Assembly: GCF_006345805.1 (NCBI RefSeq)
Contig: NC_043021.1
Coordinates: forward strand, 6,386,001 to 6,450,000
DNA: 64,000 bases
Origin: Octopus sinensis
Lineage: Eukaryota
Direction: 5' to 3'
How positions within the stretch are numbered: position 1 is the first letter of the stretch; every line of letters begins with the position of its first letter. Shown one piece after another: positions 35,369 to 48,525 of this stretch. The notes beneath the pieces are model-generated. The model was given only the letters and a program-made list of their open reading frames with translations, was not told the origin of the DNA and made no database searches. The position numbers and the translations under genes were made by a program.

Positions 35369-38247
35369 CATCGCCACCAGTAAACACCACCACCACACAC
35401 ATACACACACACACACACACACAATCACCACCATACACACACACACACCATCGCCACCAGTAAACACCACCACCACACACACACATACACACAATCACCA
35501 CCATACACACACATGCGCTTACTATTACCACAACACACACACACACACACCACCACCACACACACACACACCACACCACCATCGCCGCCAGTAAACACCA
35601 CCACCACACACATACACACACACACACACACATGCAATCACCACCATACACACACATGCGCTTGCCATTACCACAACACACATACACAACCACCATCACC
35701 ACCAACATACACACACACAGACACACACCCACAGACACACACCCACACACACACACACACACACACACCACCACCACCACCACCATTGCCGCCAGTAAAC
35801 ACCACCGCCGCCACACACATGCTCGCATACACACTTACCATCTGATGTCAATAAATAACTCGACACAGCTCACAAAGGTGTGGAACAAAACACCAATTTA
35901 CAAAGCTAGCCTTAAGATTCAAATCAATAACCAATTGGTGTAATGTTCAGATCAATAGTACGATAGTGAGGTGACATAGTGTGGTGCATATTCATTATTG
36001 ATTATTAATTATTGAGCTCCATATAGAAACTGATAAATATCTCATATTGATCTCATAAATATATTGTTATCAACTCACCTTTGATATTTTATTATTATTA
36101 TTATTATTATTATATTATTATATTATTATTATTATTATTATCCAGTAATCTTGTTTTTATTGCATGTTTTCACTGCACAACCAGGTGCAACAGCTCTGTG
36201 CACCTTGGTTATGTGTAGTGTTTTGCTTCAGGTTTGTATTTTCTACTGTATTGACAATACTTTACGAAATGTGTGAGGACCTAGTAAAGCTAGTTTCCGT
36301 AGTTTGCATGTATCACCACCTTCACTTAATATCCATTTTACCATGCTTTGCATGCGCCAGATGGAATTTGTTAAGGCAGATTTCCAATGGCTGGATGCTC
36401 TTCCTGCCATCAACACTTGTGTGTTTCCAATCGAGGTAATATTTTCACATGGTTTACACACGGTTTTTTTTTTTATGGAAAACTGGAAAGGAACAATATC
36501 ACTTGTATGACAGTAACGCTCATTTGTAATTATCACATGATGTCACGACAGAGGCACAGACACACACACAGACACACACATACATACATACCTACATATA
36601 TATACAATGGGCTTCTTTCAGTTTTTGTTTATCAAATTCACTCAGGGTTGTCCTATGTGTATATATATGTATGTATATAGAGAAGGAACATGGCTTAGTG
36701 GTTAAGGTATTCAGCTCACAGTCATAAAGTCGTGAGTTCAATACCCAGCAACACACTATGTCTTTGAGCAAGACACTTTATTTCACGTTGCTCCAGTCCA
36801 CTCACCTGGCAAAAATGAGTAGTACCTGTATTTCAAAGGGCCAGCACTGTCACTCTCTGTGACTAAGAATAGTTAGGGTCCATCAATCCATTCATTTTCC
36901 CCACTCTCTATTCCAGGGACAGTCATGGGAGGTAGCATCCTCAAGCACCTCCTCCATGGGGTCTTATTAGAAACAACAGTCATGAGACCCTCCAGTTGGA
37001 TTCTGGATGCATAATCAACTAAAATATTATGGATATTAACCAACAATCTCACTCTTGGTCTCCTGCCAGTCGGATTGCTTTGAAGAATTTGTATTGAGGT
37101 TTTTCCCTCTGATGTTCTAATCCCATGACAATACTACTGGAGCTGTGACCACTGAATACAGAAAAGTATTGAGAAAGGAATTGTTAGGATGCCAGACGAA
37201 AAAAAACCTTATCGTATGTTTTTGTCCTTTTACATTCTGAATTTAAATCTTGTTAAGATTTAATTTGCTTGTCAGGTTTTTTAAAAAGAAAGTTTTTGGC
37301 CGTAAGTCAATAAAATAAGTATCAGTGAACTTGCCAACCTCTCCAGAATATTAGCAGCTATGTCAAGTCAATAATAAAATTCATTATTAACGAGATTTTA
37401 ATACTGTGAACAATTCTCCTCAATTTTATAATGTATATGTAAACAGTAATATATACACTACAGATGAGATGAATATATGTGTATGTGTGATATATATATA
37501 TATATATATAAGCGCCATCCGAATCGTGACCGAAGCCAGTGCCGCCTCGACTGGCTTCCGTGCAGGTGGCACGTAAAATGCACCAATCCAACCATGGCTG
37601 ATGCCAGCCTCGCTTGGCACCAGTGCAGGTGGCACGTAAAAAGCACCCACTACACTCACGGAGTGGTTGGCATTAGGAAGGGCATCCAGCTGTAGAAACA
37701 TTGCCAGATAAGACCGGAGCCTGGTGCAGCCTTCTGGCTTCCCAGATCCCCGGTCGAACCGTCCAACCCATGCTAGCGTGGAGAACGGATGTTAAACGAT
37801 AATGATGATGATATATATATATATATTTCTTTACTACCCACAAGGGGTTAAACACAGAGGGGACAAACAAGGACAGACAAACGGATTAAGTCGATTACAT
37901 CGACCCCAGTGCGTAACTGGTACATAATTTATCGACCCCAAAAGGATGGAAGGCAAAGTCGACCTCGGTGAAATTTGAACTCAGAACGTAACGGCAAACG
38001 AAATACTGCTAAGCATTTCGCCCGGTGTGCTAACATTTCTGCCAGCTCGCCGCCTTTATATATATATATAGGAGTGGCTGTGTGGTAAGTAGCTTGCCTA
38101 CCAACCACATGGTTCTGGGTTCAGTCCCACTGCGTGGAATCTTGGGCAAGTGTCTTCTGCTATAGCCCCGGGCTGACCAATGCCTTGTGAGTGGAATTGG
38201 TAGACGGAAACTGAAAGAAGCCTGTCGTATATATGTATATATATATA

Positions 38248-38641
38248 TACTAGCAGTATCGCCCGGCGTTGCTCGGGTTTGTAAGGGAAATAATTATATA
38301 AGCATTTTTAGAGATGTAAAGTATAATAGCCATCTCAATATGGCTAACCACAAAGGGGGAGGGGTGTTACTGTAGCTTTTTACGTTCTGAGATTTAATAA
38401 TAAATTTTAGAGAGTTACTTCCCTTATATATGTCAAAAATGGATTAAAAATGGGAAAAAATGATGGTAAATTTATTTTTAAAATCGTAGACTCATCGTAG
38501 ACGCGCGCTAATACCCAGACGGTCTCGATATGAATCACGACTATAAGATACCCGGTTTTGAAAAACTGCACCGCAAAATGTGGGAGTAGTTAGGAATTTA
38601 ATCGTAGGAGACAGACACACACCTCACTTTTATATAAAGAT
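38248..38641 (+). mobile_element. Helitron-like (Lep1-type) non-autonomous element
   Basis: 5' TACTAGC..GCCCGGCGTTGCTCGGG, 3' GACAGACA...TTTTATATA.AGAT. No TIRs or TSD. Confidence 0.6.
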
Positions 38642-38740
38642 TTCCTCTATTTACATAATATTGAGGTCTCTTTCTTTCTTTTGTTATCTTACTGTTTTTA
38701 CCAATATACATATATATATATATATATAAATATATATATA

Positions 38741-39060
38741 GTTACAGAGATGTACTTGCATAGCAAGTGACTTGATCTGAGATCGTGTGCTGGAACGAAA
38801 ACAGTTGCAGCGTTGAAGGTGTTTATAAGCCATTTAAGAAACACACAAAAACCGTTAGATTCACTTCAACATTTAAATTTAATTGTCAAAATATTTCGTC
38901 GCTTTGAGACCGCGACCTGTTAGCACAATATTTTTGTCAGTGAACAGGTCGCGGTCTGAAAGCGACGAAAATATTTGGCAAATTAAATTTAAATGTTGAA
39001 GTGAATGTAACGGTTTTTGTGTGTTTCTTAAATGGCTTACAAACACCTTCCACGCTGCAA
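38741..39060. mobile_element. Inverted pair of the hammerhead-bearing PLE-like terminal repeat, between (TA)n tracts
   Basis: Arms 38805-38921 and 38943-39060 are near-perfect reverse complements. The same sequence family occurs at about 31937-32150. Confidence 0.85.
38933..38983 (+). ncRNA. Second copy of the G3-C8 hammerhead-like motif
   Basis: TTTGTCA-GTGAACA-G-GTCGC(ggtctgaaa)GCGAC-GAAAATATT-TGGCAAA. One T shorter at the cleavage junction than the 31946 copy. Confidence 0.65.
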
Positions 39061-39423
39061 TATATATATACACACATATATATATATGTATGTATGTATG
39101 TATGTGTGTATATGTGTATGCATGTATGTGTGTGTGTGTGCGTGTCTGTGCTTGTGATTGTCCTCCACCACTGCTTGACAACGAATGTTGGTTTGTTTAC
39201 ATCCCTGTCACCTAGTGGTTTGACAAAGGAAACAGATAGAATAAGTACAATGCTTACAAAAATAAAACTGGAGTTGATTCATTAAACTACAATCTTCAAG
39301 GCATTGCCCCAGCATGGCCACAGACCAATGGCTGGAAAAAGCAGAAGAATAAAAGAATACATTCTCTGCTTGGTCATATGTTGAAGGCATGAGAAAGCTT
39401 GAGTTTACATGAGAAGGCCTAAC

Positions 39424-39901
39424 AGACCTGGTAGAAACAGCAGCCAAATCTCCCTCAAATCACACCTTACTGTCTTATGTATGTATATATATATGAGCCA
39501 ATGAGGGGGACCTCTACATGGTAGCTAGACCTGGTAGAAATAGCAGCCAAATTTCCCCCAAATCACACCTTACTGTCTTATCTATGTATATATGTATGTA
39601 TGAGCCTATGAGGGAGACCCCTACATGGCAGCTAGACCTGGTAGAAATAGCAGCCAAATTTCCCCCAAATCACACCTACTTCTTATCTATGTATATATGT
39701 ATGTATGAGCCTATGAGGGAGATCCCTACATGGCAGCTAGACCTGGTAGAAATAGCAGCCAAATTTCCCCCAAATCACACCTTACTGTCTTATCTATGTA
39801 TATATGTATGTATGAGCCTATGAGGGAGACCCCTACATGGCAGCTAGACATGGTAGAAATAGCAGCCAAATCTCCCTCAAATCACACCTTACTGTCTTAT
39901 C
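39424..39901 (+). repeat. ~105-bp tandem array, 4.5 copies
   Basis: AGACCTGGTAGAAA starts at 39424, 39527, 39634, 39739 and 39846. Confidence 0.92.
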
Positions 39902-40073
39902 TTTCTGCTACTTGGATATAGGTGTTATATTCGTCGTAAAAAAACTTTCCTGTCACACACTCACGCACACGCACACACACACACACACACACGCACCCTC
40001 ACACACACACACACGCGCACACCCACACACACCCACTCACACACACGCACGTTAGCTTACAATTTTATTTATA

Positions 40074-40703
40074 TACTAGCAGTATTGCCCGGCGTTGCTC
40101 GGGTTTGTAAGGGAAATAACTATATAAGCATTTTTAGAGAGTTATAGCCAAAAAATAGCAAAAAAGCATTAAAAATGGAAAAAATATGATGGTAAATTTT
40201 TTAAATCGTTGATCATCGTAGACATTTTAGAGAGTTACTTCCCTTATATAATAGCGAAAAAATGCATTAAAATGGAAAAAAAACGATGGTAAATTTTTTT
40301 TAAATCGTAGACTCATGTAGACGCTTTCTTAGCCATTTCTGTTTTGGTGTCTTCAAGCCATGAAGTCGTTGTTCTAAAAGAACACTGGTCTCCTTGACAA
40401 CGCATTACGACGTTGATTTCCTTACACTCCCTTCCCCACAGGTGCAGGTGTGAGCGTGGACGCCAACTCCGCCGCCATCGACACACGAAAAATTATGCAT
40501 TAAAATGGAATAAAAAATGATGTTAATTATTTTTAAAATCGTAGACTCATCGTAGACGCGCGCTAATATTCAGACGGGCTCGATATGAATCACGACTATA
40601 AGCTACCCGAATTTGGTTAAACTGTACCGCAAAATGTGGGAGTAGTTAGGAATCTAAATCGAAGGGGACAGACACTCACACAACTACAGTTTTATATATA
40701 GAT
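40074..40703 (+). mobile_element. Longer copy of the same Helitron-like element
   Basis: Same 5' and 3' ends as 38248-38641, with internal duplications. Confidence 0.6.
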
Positions 40704-40764
40704 ATTACATAGCGCAGTAGTGGTGAGATATGACAGCAATGAAAAGCATACATTCACTCTCTGC

Positions 40765-41100
40765 ATGCAATTAGACTCGGAAAGTTCGTGAGGAACCCAT
40801 TGACCCAATTTGCTGACTTTTCCGATAGCACACAGGTGTCAATGAATGGTTGAATGACCAAATCCAAGCTTCTCTGCTAGTTCCTCAACAGTTACGATGA
40901 GATTTTATTCCACCAGGGTTTTCAGGATGTCCTTGTCGAGTTCTACAGATCTTTCAGGATGAGGCTCGTCTTCTAGGCTGTAGTTTATGGCTCGGGATTT
41001 CTGGAACCACCATTGACACTGCCTTACGCTTATTGTCCAATCTCCATATACTGCATTAATATTTCTTGTACTTTGCACACATTTATATTCTGTTATTCTT
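40765..41100 (-). pseudogene. Mariner transposase N-terminal relic
   Basis: RNINAVYG...VRQCQWWFQK...SLEDEP...ELAEKLG...GQWVPHEL. Confidence 0.8.
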
Positions 41101-41391
41101 TTATATGTTTCAGCCTTGAGGTTGTGGCCATGCTGGATCATGTGTGTGTGTGTGTGTGTGTGTGTGTCTATCTGTCTGTCTGTCTGTATGTATATATGTA
41201 TATGTATGGTGGTGAACAATAATATTTTCAACAGATGTGTTGCAAATGTATCTGATTGTTCTCAAGCTTCAATACTGTGGTGTGTGTATGGTGTGTGGTG
41301 TATGTATGTATGTATGTATATGTATGTATGTATGTAATGTATGTATGTATGTATGTGTGTATGTATGTATGTGTGTGTATGTATGTGTGTA

Positions 41392-41426
<35 letters not shown>

Positions 41427-41594
41427 ATGTATGTATGTTGTATGAGTGTATGTTTACTTTATTACTAATTACTCTCTTCCAAGAACATTTTCACTCACTC
41501 TTAGCTTCCCATACATTTTACTCATGTATCTATCAGCGTCATAGACAGAATACTTTCACTTTAGTCTTCCTCAAATCACTCTGTCGCTATTTAC

Positions 41595-42199
41595 TTTCAT
41601 TTTATTCGTTGCCCACTGTGTGTGTGCGTTTGCGTGTGGTGTAAACCAGACTAAGAAAAGCATTTGACACACACACCAGAATGTGAGTTTTCTGTACAAT
41701 TTTGCTTAATGGAGTTTAATTTTAAAAACTGGACCTGGCATGACGCGCGATGCATTGTACTTTAAACTGCTAGGTAAATTGTAATTGAAGAAATCCTATA
41801 TTGTAGATTGTATAACTCCCAAAGGGAGGCAGATAAAATCTGCCTTTTATAATAAGAGATTTGCGTGTCTGTGTGGAAAGAAGAAGTGGGAGGCAGAGTG
41901 AAAGAATCACTCACTACAGTAAGTGAATTAGTTTCATTTTATTCGTTGCCCACTGTGTGTGTGCGTTTGCGTGTGGTGTAAACCAGACTAAGAAAAGCAT
42001 TTGACACACACACCAGAATGTGAGTTTTCTGTAAATTTTGCTTAACTGGAGTTTAAATTTTAAAAACTGGACCTGGCATGACGCGATGCATTGTACTCTT
42101 AAAAATGCAAGGTAAATTGTAATTGAAGAAATCCTATATTGTAGATTTGTATAACTCCCAAAGGGAGGCAGATAAAATCTGCCTTTTATAATAAGAGAT
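41595..42199 (+). repeat. Two-copy direct duplication (period ~337) ending in a hairpin plus TTTTATAATAAGAGAT (Helitron-like 3' end)
   Basis: 41595-41860 is near-identical to 41932-42199. Terminal GGCAGAT/ATCTGCC hairpin. Confidence 0.7.
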
Positions 42200-42436
42200 A
42201 TGTGTGTGTGTGTGTGTGTTTGTGTGTCTGTGTTTGTCCCCCTAGCATTGCTTGACAACCGATGCTGGTGTGTTTATGTCCCATCACTTAGCGGTTCGGC
42301 AAAAGAGACCGATAGAATAAGTACTGGGCTTACAAAAGAATAAGTACTGGGGTTGAGTTGCTCGATTATAGGCGGTGCTCCAGCATGGCCACAGTCAAAT
42401 GACTGAAACAAATAAAAGAGTAAAAGAGTATATATA

Positions 42437-43280
42437 CAGGGTACAATGGGTAAATTGTCACCGTTTTATATTTCTAATTTCATGCATGCGCATTGATTGT
42501 TTTTGATTTTGTCGACAACACAGTATAGTAGGGTCAGTTGGGTACTGTCTGTGAAAAAAAACAAACAGCACCATGATGCAATTCACTCTGCCAGAAATTT
42601 GGAAATGACACACTGTACTGCTTGGCATTTGTGCTAGAAGCTCCAATACAAACATTTCAGATTGTTTGGGTGTACTGAGAGTGATATAAATCAAACATCC
42701 AGTAAACATCATGGTGTTTGGGGTAATCACTAGTGATGGCAACGTTATGCCTCCATTCATCTTCCCACATGGCCTCAGACTCAACATGGAGGCCTACATC
42801 ACATGCCTGAAGGAGGTAGTGCTGCCCTGGATCAAGAGGGTGGCTGCTGGAAGACCCTATGTCTGGCAACAGGACTCTGCACCATGCCACACAAGCAGGA
42901 GAATCTAGTCGTGGCTGTCAGACAATTTCTGCGACCACATCACCCCTAACATCTGATCTCCTAACTCCTCAAACTGCAACACACTCAATTATTATGTGTG
43001 GGGTGCAATTGAGGGAGAGACTAACAAAACTCCTTGTAACACCAAAGATGAACTGAATGCAAGAATTATGGCAGCATTCACAATCCAGAAGAGTTGCAGG
43101 AGATTCCAAAGTTGTCTGGAGGCTGTAGTTGAAGCGAATGGCACTTTTATTGACTAAGTTTACTCTTTAGTATTTCAAGATACTTTTATGTAATTTTGGT
43201 AAATATATCTGTTAAAATGAGATGTCAATGTTATTTTCCTTTTTGTGTAGTTTAGACAACAGTTTATTCACCATTGCCTG
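42437..43280 (+). pseudogene. DD37D (maT-type) Tc1/mariner transposase relic with TIRs
   Basis: MVFGVITSDG...WQQDSAPCHTSRR...SPNSSNCNTLNYYVWG. There are 37 residues between the second D and the third catalytic position (now N). TA-CAGGG terminus. Confidence 0.85.
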
Positions 43281-43327
43281 CATATATATAATACATATAT
43301 ATATACACACACACACACATTATTTCT

Positions 43328-43810
43328 GGGTCGATAAATTAAGTACCAGTTACGCACTGGGGTCGATGTAATCAACTTAATCCGTTTGTCTGTCCTTGTT
43401 TGTCCTCTCTGTGTTTAGTCCCTTGTGGATAGTAAAGAAACAGGTATTTCATCTACTGTTACGTTCTGAGTTCAAATTCCACCGAGGTCAACTTTACCTT
43501 TCATCCTTTCGGAGTCGATAAATTAAGTACCAGTTACGCACTGGGGATCAATGTCATCAACTTAACCCTGTTGTCTGTCCTTGTTTGACCTCTCTGTGTT
43601 TAGTCCCTTGTGGGTAGTAAAGAAATAGGTATTTCGTCTACTGTTACATTCTGAGTTCAAATTCTACCGAGGTCAACTTTACCTTTCATCCTTTCGGAGT
43701 CGATAAATTAAGTACCAGTTACGCACTGGGGTTGATGTAATCGACTTAACCCCATTGTCTGTCCTTGTTTGTCCCCTCTATGTTTAGCCCCTTGTGGGCA
43801 ATAAAGAAAT
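43328..43810 (+). repeat. Head-to-tail array of head-truncated SINE-B units (period ~184)
   Basis: Units restart at about 43438 and 43622, directly after the previous copy's ...GTAGTAAAGAAA tail. Confidence 0.8.
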
Positions 43811-44304
43811 AAAGGAATTCTTGGATATGAGATGAGGCCAATGGCAACAATGGTCAAAAATATTTCTATCTGATCAGTTTGATTTTTTATTCAGCCACTG
43901 AATATCAAGGACTACATTAGCAAATGTATGTTTTACTTTTGCAAGACTGTAGGTTGTGATTTGAGGAAGTGCTGTCTCTGTAGTTCTTCTTTTGAAAAAA
44001 AAAGAAACATGAAAAAATTATTTAATGATAAAATCTTTAAGAGATTAATATGATTATTAAGAGCGTATGAAAGGTCATTAAATAACAAGTGTAACTTACA
44101 GCTATTGTGCTAATTCCAATGTGGGCGCGTGGAATTTTCAATATTTGTGCGAATGCGTTCCTTAATGATTTCAGAAGTGTGTAGTTACGATTCAATGCTG
44201 GGTAGTTAACGTGCTGGAAATAGATTCAAAAGAGAAAATAAATATATACATCAGCAGGGACACAGTTCAATGGCTGAAATCAGAAAACAGTAAAAGAACA
44301 TCTT

Positions 44305-44348
<44 letters not shown>

Positions 44349-45257
44349 TACAGTCTTTTGGCCTGCCCTCTCGTGAGTTGCAGCCTTTCCATGCTGTCGG
44401 TGACCACAAGAGGGTAGGCCAAAAAAACTGAAAAGAACACCACTAATAATAAACACAAAGAAGGAAGTCTATACATATATACATCGGTGCTCCAGCATGG
44501 CCACAGTCAAATGACTGAAACAAGTAAAAGAGTATATATATACATAAGGTGGCCAGATGGCAGAATCATTAGCATGCTGGGCAAAATTCTTGGTGGCATC
44601 TTATCTGTCTTAATGATTTAGGGGCAAGCATGGCTCTGTGGTAAGAAGCCTGCTTCCCAACCACATGGTTTCGGGTTCAGTCCCATTGTGTGGCACCTTG
44701 GACAATTTCACAGGCCCACTTGTGAAATCAATGTGCAAGTGGCTGAGCACTCCACAGACATGCGTACTCTTAATGTAGTTCTTAGGGAGATTCAGTGTGA
44801 CACAGAATGTGACAAGGCTGGCCCTTTGAATTGCAGATACAACTCCTTTTTGCCAGCCAAGTGGACCAGAGCAAGGTGAAATGAAGTGTCTTGCTCAAGG
44901 ATACACTGTACCACCAAGAATCGAACTCACGGCCTTATGATCATGAGCTGAATACCCTAACCACTTAGCTACATGCGTCCACTGTGTGTATATATGTAAA
45001 GACATATGTGACACTACAGGTATGCATGTTACTACATGTGTGAGTCCGTATGTCTCGACTTTATATATGGTGTTACATACAGCATTCCCATTAATGTATA
45101 TAAAGTGGGCGTGAGTGACTGCATGTGTATGCAAGTGAGTGTTTGTACATGTATAGAAATGGATCTATATAGGTATGCATATCCCTTACATGTGGGGGTG
45201 ATTGTGTCTCTTTTGACTTATGTAGGTGTACATGCTTGTATGTCCATATATATATAT

Positions 45258-45700
45258 ATCTTTATATATATAAAACTGAGAATGTGTGTCTGTCTCTCTG
45301 TCTGTCTGTCTGTGTGTTTCCCTAAAACTTGAGAACTACACAACCAATTTCATTCAAATTTTACACATGCCTTACTTAGGGTCCGGGGAGTGTCATCGGC
45401 AATTTTTAACTTTTTGCCTAGGGCGAGCTCACAGCAATATCATATCTTCTCCACTATGATTCCCTAAAACTTGAGAACTACACAACCAATTCCATTCAAA
45501 TTTTACACATGCCTTACTTAGGGTCCATCCATGTAGTTTCATGGACAAAAAAATGTTCAACTTCTTACCTAGAGAGAGCCCATAGCAATATCATATCTTC
45601 TCCACTATTTCAGTATTACGTGTTAAAAGTGAAACATAAACATTTCTCTATTTTATGTCAGATACTTTCACTTTAACAATAAAAATAATAATAACAATTG
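45258..45700 (-). mobile_element. Helitron-like element with an internal duplication
   Basis: Reverse-strand Lep1-type terminus with (GACA)n. 45321-45380 is repeated at about 45461-45522. Confidence 0.4.
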
Positions 45701-45901
45701 AATTATATGTAGTAAGTAATAATTAAAATCAAACTAGAGTATAATATAATCGTAACATAACAAAAGTAAAAATAGCAATTGGTATAAAATTGCATCAATG
45801 ACTTGAACTTGAATAAGTGGTTTCACATGAATGGGAATAAATTAAAAATAAAATTAGCGTGCAGAAATGGAATAGTCCAGATGGATAATGAAAAATTACA
45901 T

Positions 45902-46227
45902 TATGTACGTACCTACATCTATATGTATACATACATGCATATATGGGTACGGGACACAAAATAAACATCACACACAATGAGAAACGAAAACATAAACACG
46001 AAACTAAGGAAATGGGGAAACGAGGAGTAGATGAAACCATGGCGGCTGAAGAAGGGGAATGTTCCTTGTGTTGTATGTCCTGTACTCTATTTTTTCGTTG
46101 TTTAAGAAAAATGTCCATTTTCTTGGTTTTGTGTTTATGTTTTCATTTCTCATTGTGTTCGACGTTTTTTGGTGTCCTGTACCCATATATGCATGTATAT
46201 ATACATGTGGAGGTAGGTACGTACATA
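45902..46227. repeat. Inverted repeat with ~113 bp arms and a ~100 bp spacer
   Basis: 45902-46015 is the approximate reverse complement of 46115-46227. Confidence 0.75.
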
Positions 46228-47034
46228 TATGTATGTATATATATATATGCATGTTTTATTTATTAATTTGTTATTATATGACGGAACGCATGCATCCATT
46301 CCTCAGTAAGTTTTATATATATATATATATATATTATATACACACACAGACTTTATTTTTGAATATTCTTAAATTACCATAAATTGCTTCTAGCAATAAT
46401 TTCCTAATTAGCCTTGTCTTTTCTGGCTTTATGAAGTCCACTTTTACAACATTGGTGTTGAGACAGTCAGTTACACAATCAAGTGCTTCAATAATTATAG
46501 GAATAAATATGATTCTTGAAATAAATCTTAAGTGAAAGTCCAAGTGGAGTTCAGTATATATTTTTTATATCTTTTCACTAATCTTCAATATTAGGTTGAC
46601 ATCCAGTGGGGAATTAATTGCTGCAAATGCACGCAATTTTCTTCCTCATTTCTGATCATTATATGTATATATATTCTTTTATTCTTTTACTTCCTTCAGT
46701 CATATGTAGAGGGACTTATTCTTTTGTAAGCCCAGTACTTATTCTATCGGTCTCTTTTGCCGAACCGCTAAGTAACGGGGACATAAACACACCAGCATCG
46801 GTTGTCAAGCAATGCTAGGGGGACAAACACAGACACACACAAACACACAAATATATATATATACATATATACTACAGGCTTCTTGTAGTTTCCGTCTGCC
46901 AAATCCACTCACATGGCTTTGGTCGGCCTGAGACTATAGTAGAAGACACTTGCCCAAGGTGCCACGCAGTGGGACTGAACCCGGAACCATGTGGTTGGTA
47001 AACAAGCTACTTACCACACAGCCACTCCTGCACC

Positions 47035-47067
<33 letters not shown>

Positions 47068-47293
47068 GATGGGCTTCTTTTAGTTTCCTTCCACCAAATC
47101 CACTCTTAAGGCTTTGGTTGACCAGGGGCTATAACAGAGGCATTTGCCCAAGGTGCTACATATTTGGATAGATTCTGAGACAATTTGGTTGAGAAGTCTG
47201 CCAACCAATCAATCAATCTCTCTCTCTCTCTTTCTTTCTCCCTCTACATATAAGCACACACACATACACAAATACACACACACACACACATAC

Positions 47294-47326
<33 letters not shown>

Positions 47327-48133
47327 GGCACAGGAGTGGCTATGTGGTAAGTAGCTTGTTTACCAACCACATGGTTCCGGGTTCAGTCCCACTGCGTGGC
47401 ACCTTGGGCAAGTGTCTTCTACTATAGCCTCGGGCTGACCAAAGCCTTGTGAGTGGATTTGGTAGACGGAAACTGAAAGAAGCCCGTCGTATATATGTAT
47501 ATATATATATGTGTGTGTATGTTTGTGTGTCTGTGTTTGTCTCCCTAGCATTGCTTGACAACCGATGCTGGTGTGTTTATGTCCCCGTTACATAGCGGTT
47601 CGGCAAAGAGACCAATAGAATAAGTACTGGGCTTACAAAAAGAATAAGTCCCGGGGTCGAGTTGCTCGATTAAAGGCGGTGCTCCAGCATGGCCGCAGTC
47701 AAATGACTGAAACAAGTAAAGGAGTAAAAGAGTAAAGAGAATATATACATACACACACACACACATTCATATATATATATATATATATATATATGTTCAT
47801 AAAACAACTCAATTAGCAACAGAGAGAGAGAGGTTAAGTAATAATAACAATAATGATAATAATAATAATAATAATTTGAAGAAGAAGAAAAAACAACAAC
47901 AATGACGACAGCATAAAGGAAAGCAGTTCTTCAAAGAAACGCAAGAAGTGAGAGAGATTGGTTCAAAAGCCGTCAAGACAGACACAGAAGTGAGAGAAAG
48001 GAGAAACCACCTCAACACACAGACAACATTATTCATTGACAATGATGAGTTGATGTCTCTGTTGCTAGTCTGTTGTGTTAGGAAAGCACAAACAACATAA
48101 TAGCAATCAGCTGACGTCTATATGTATATATGC

Positions 48134-48164
<31 letters not shown>

Positions 48165-48229
48165 AGTGTGTGTTTACGTAAATATATATATATATGTATG
48201 TATGTATATGGATAAATATATGTGTGTCC

Positions 48230-48269
<40 letters not shown>

Positions 48270-48361
48270 ATGTGTATTGTTGTGTGTGTGTGTGTGAATG
48301 GTGTTTAAGTAAATATATATATATATGTATGTATATGGATAAATATATGTGTGTCTGTGCG

Positions 48362-48403
<42 letters not shown>

Positions 48404-48490
48404 TTGTGTGTGTGTGTATGTGAGTGTGTGTTTATGTAAATATATATATGTATGTATATGGATAAATATATGCGTGTCCGTGTGTGTGTG

Positions 48491-48525
<35 letters not shown>

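Noticed and set aside
46041-46075. CTGAAGA-AGGGGAATGTTCC in the spacer of the inverted repeat
   Set aside because: No following GAAA or cleavage triplet.
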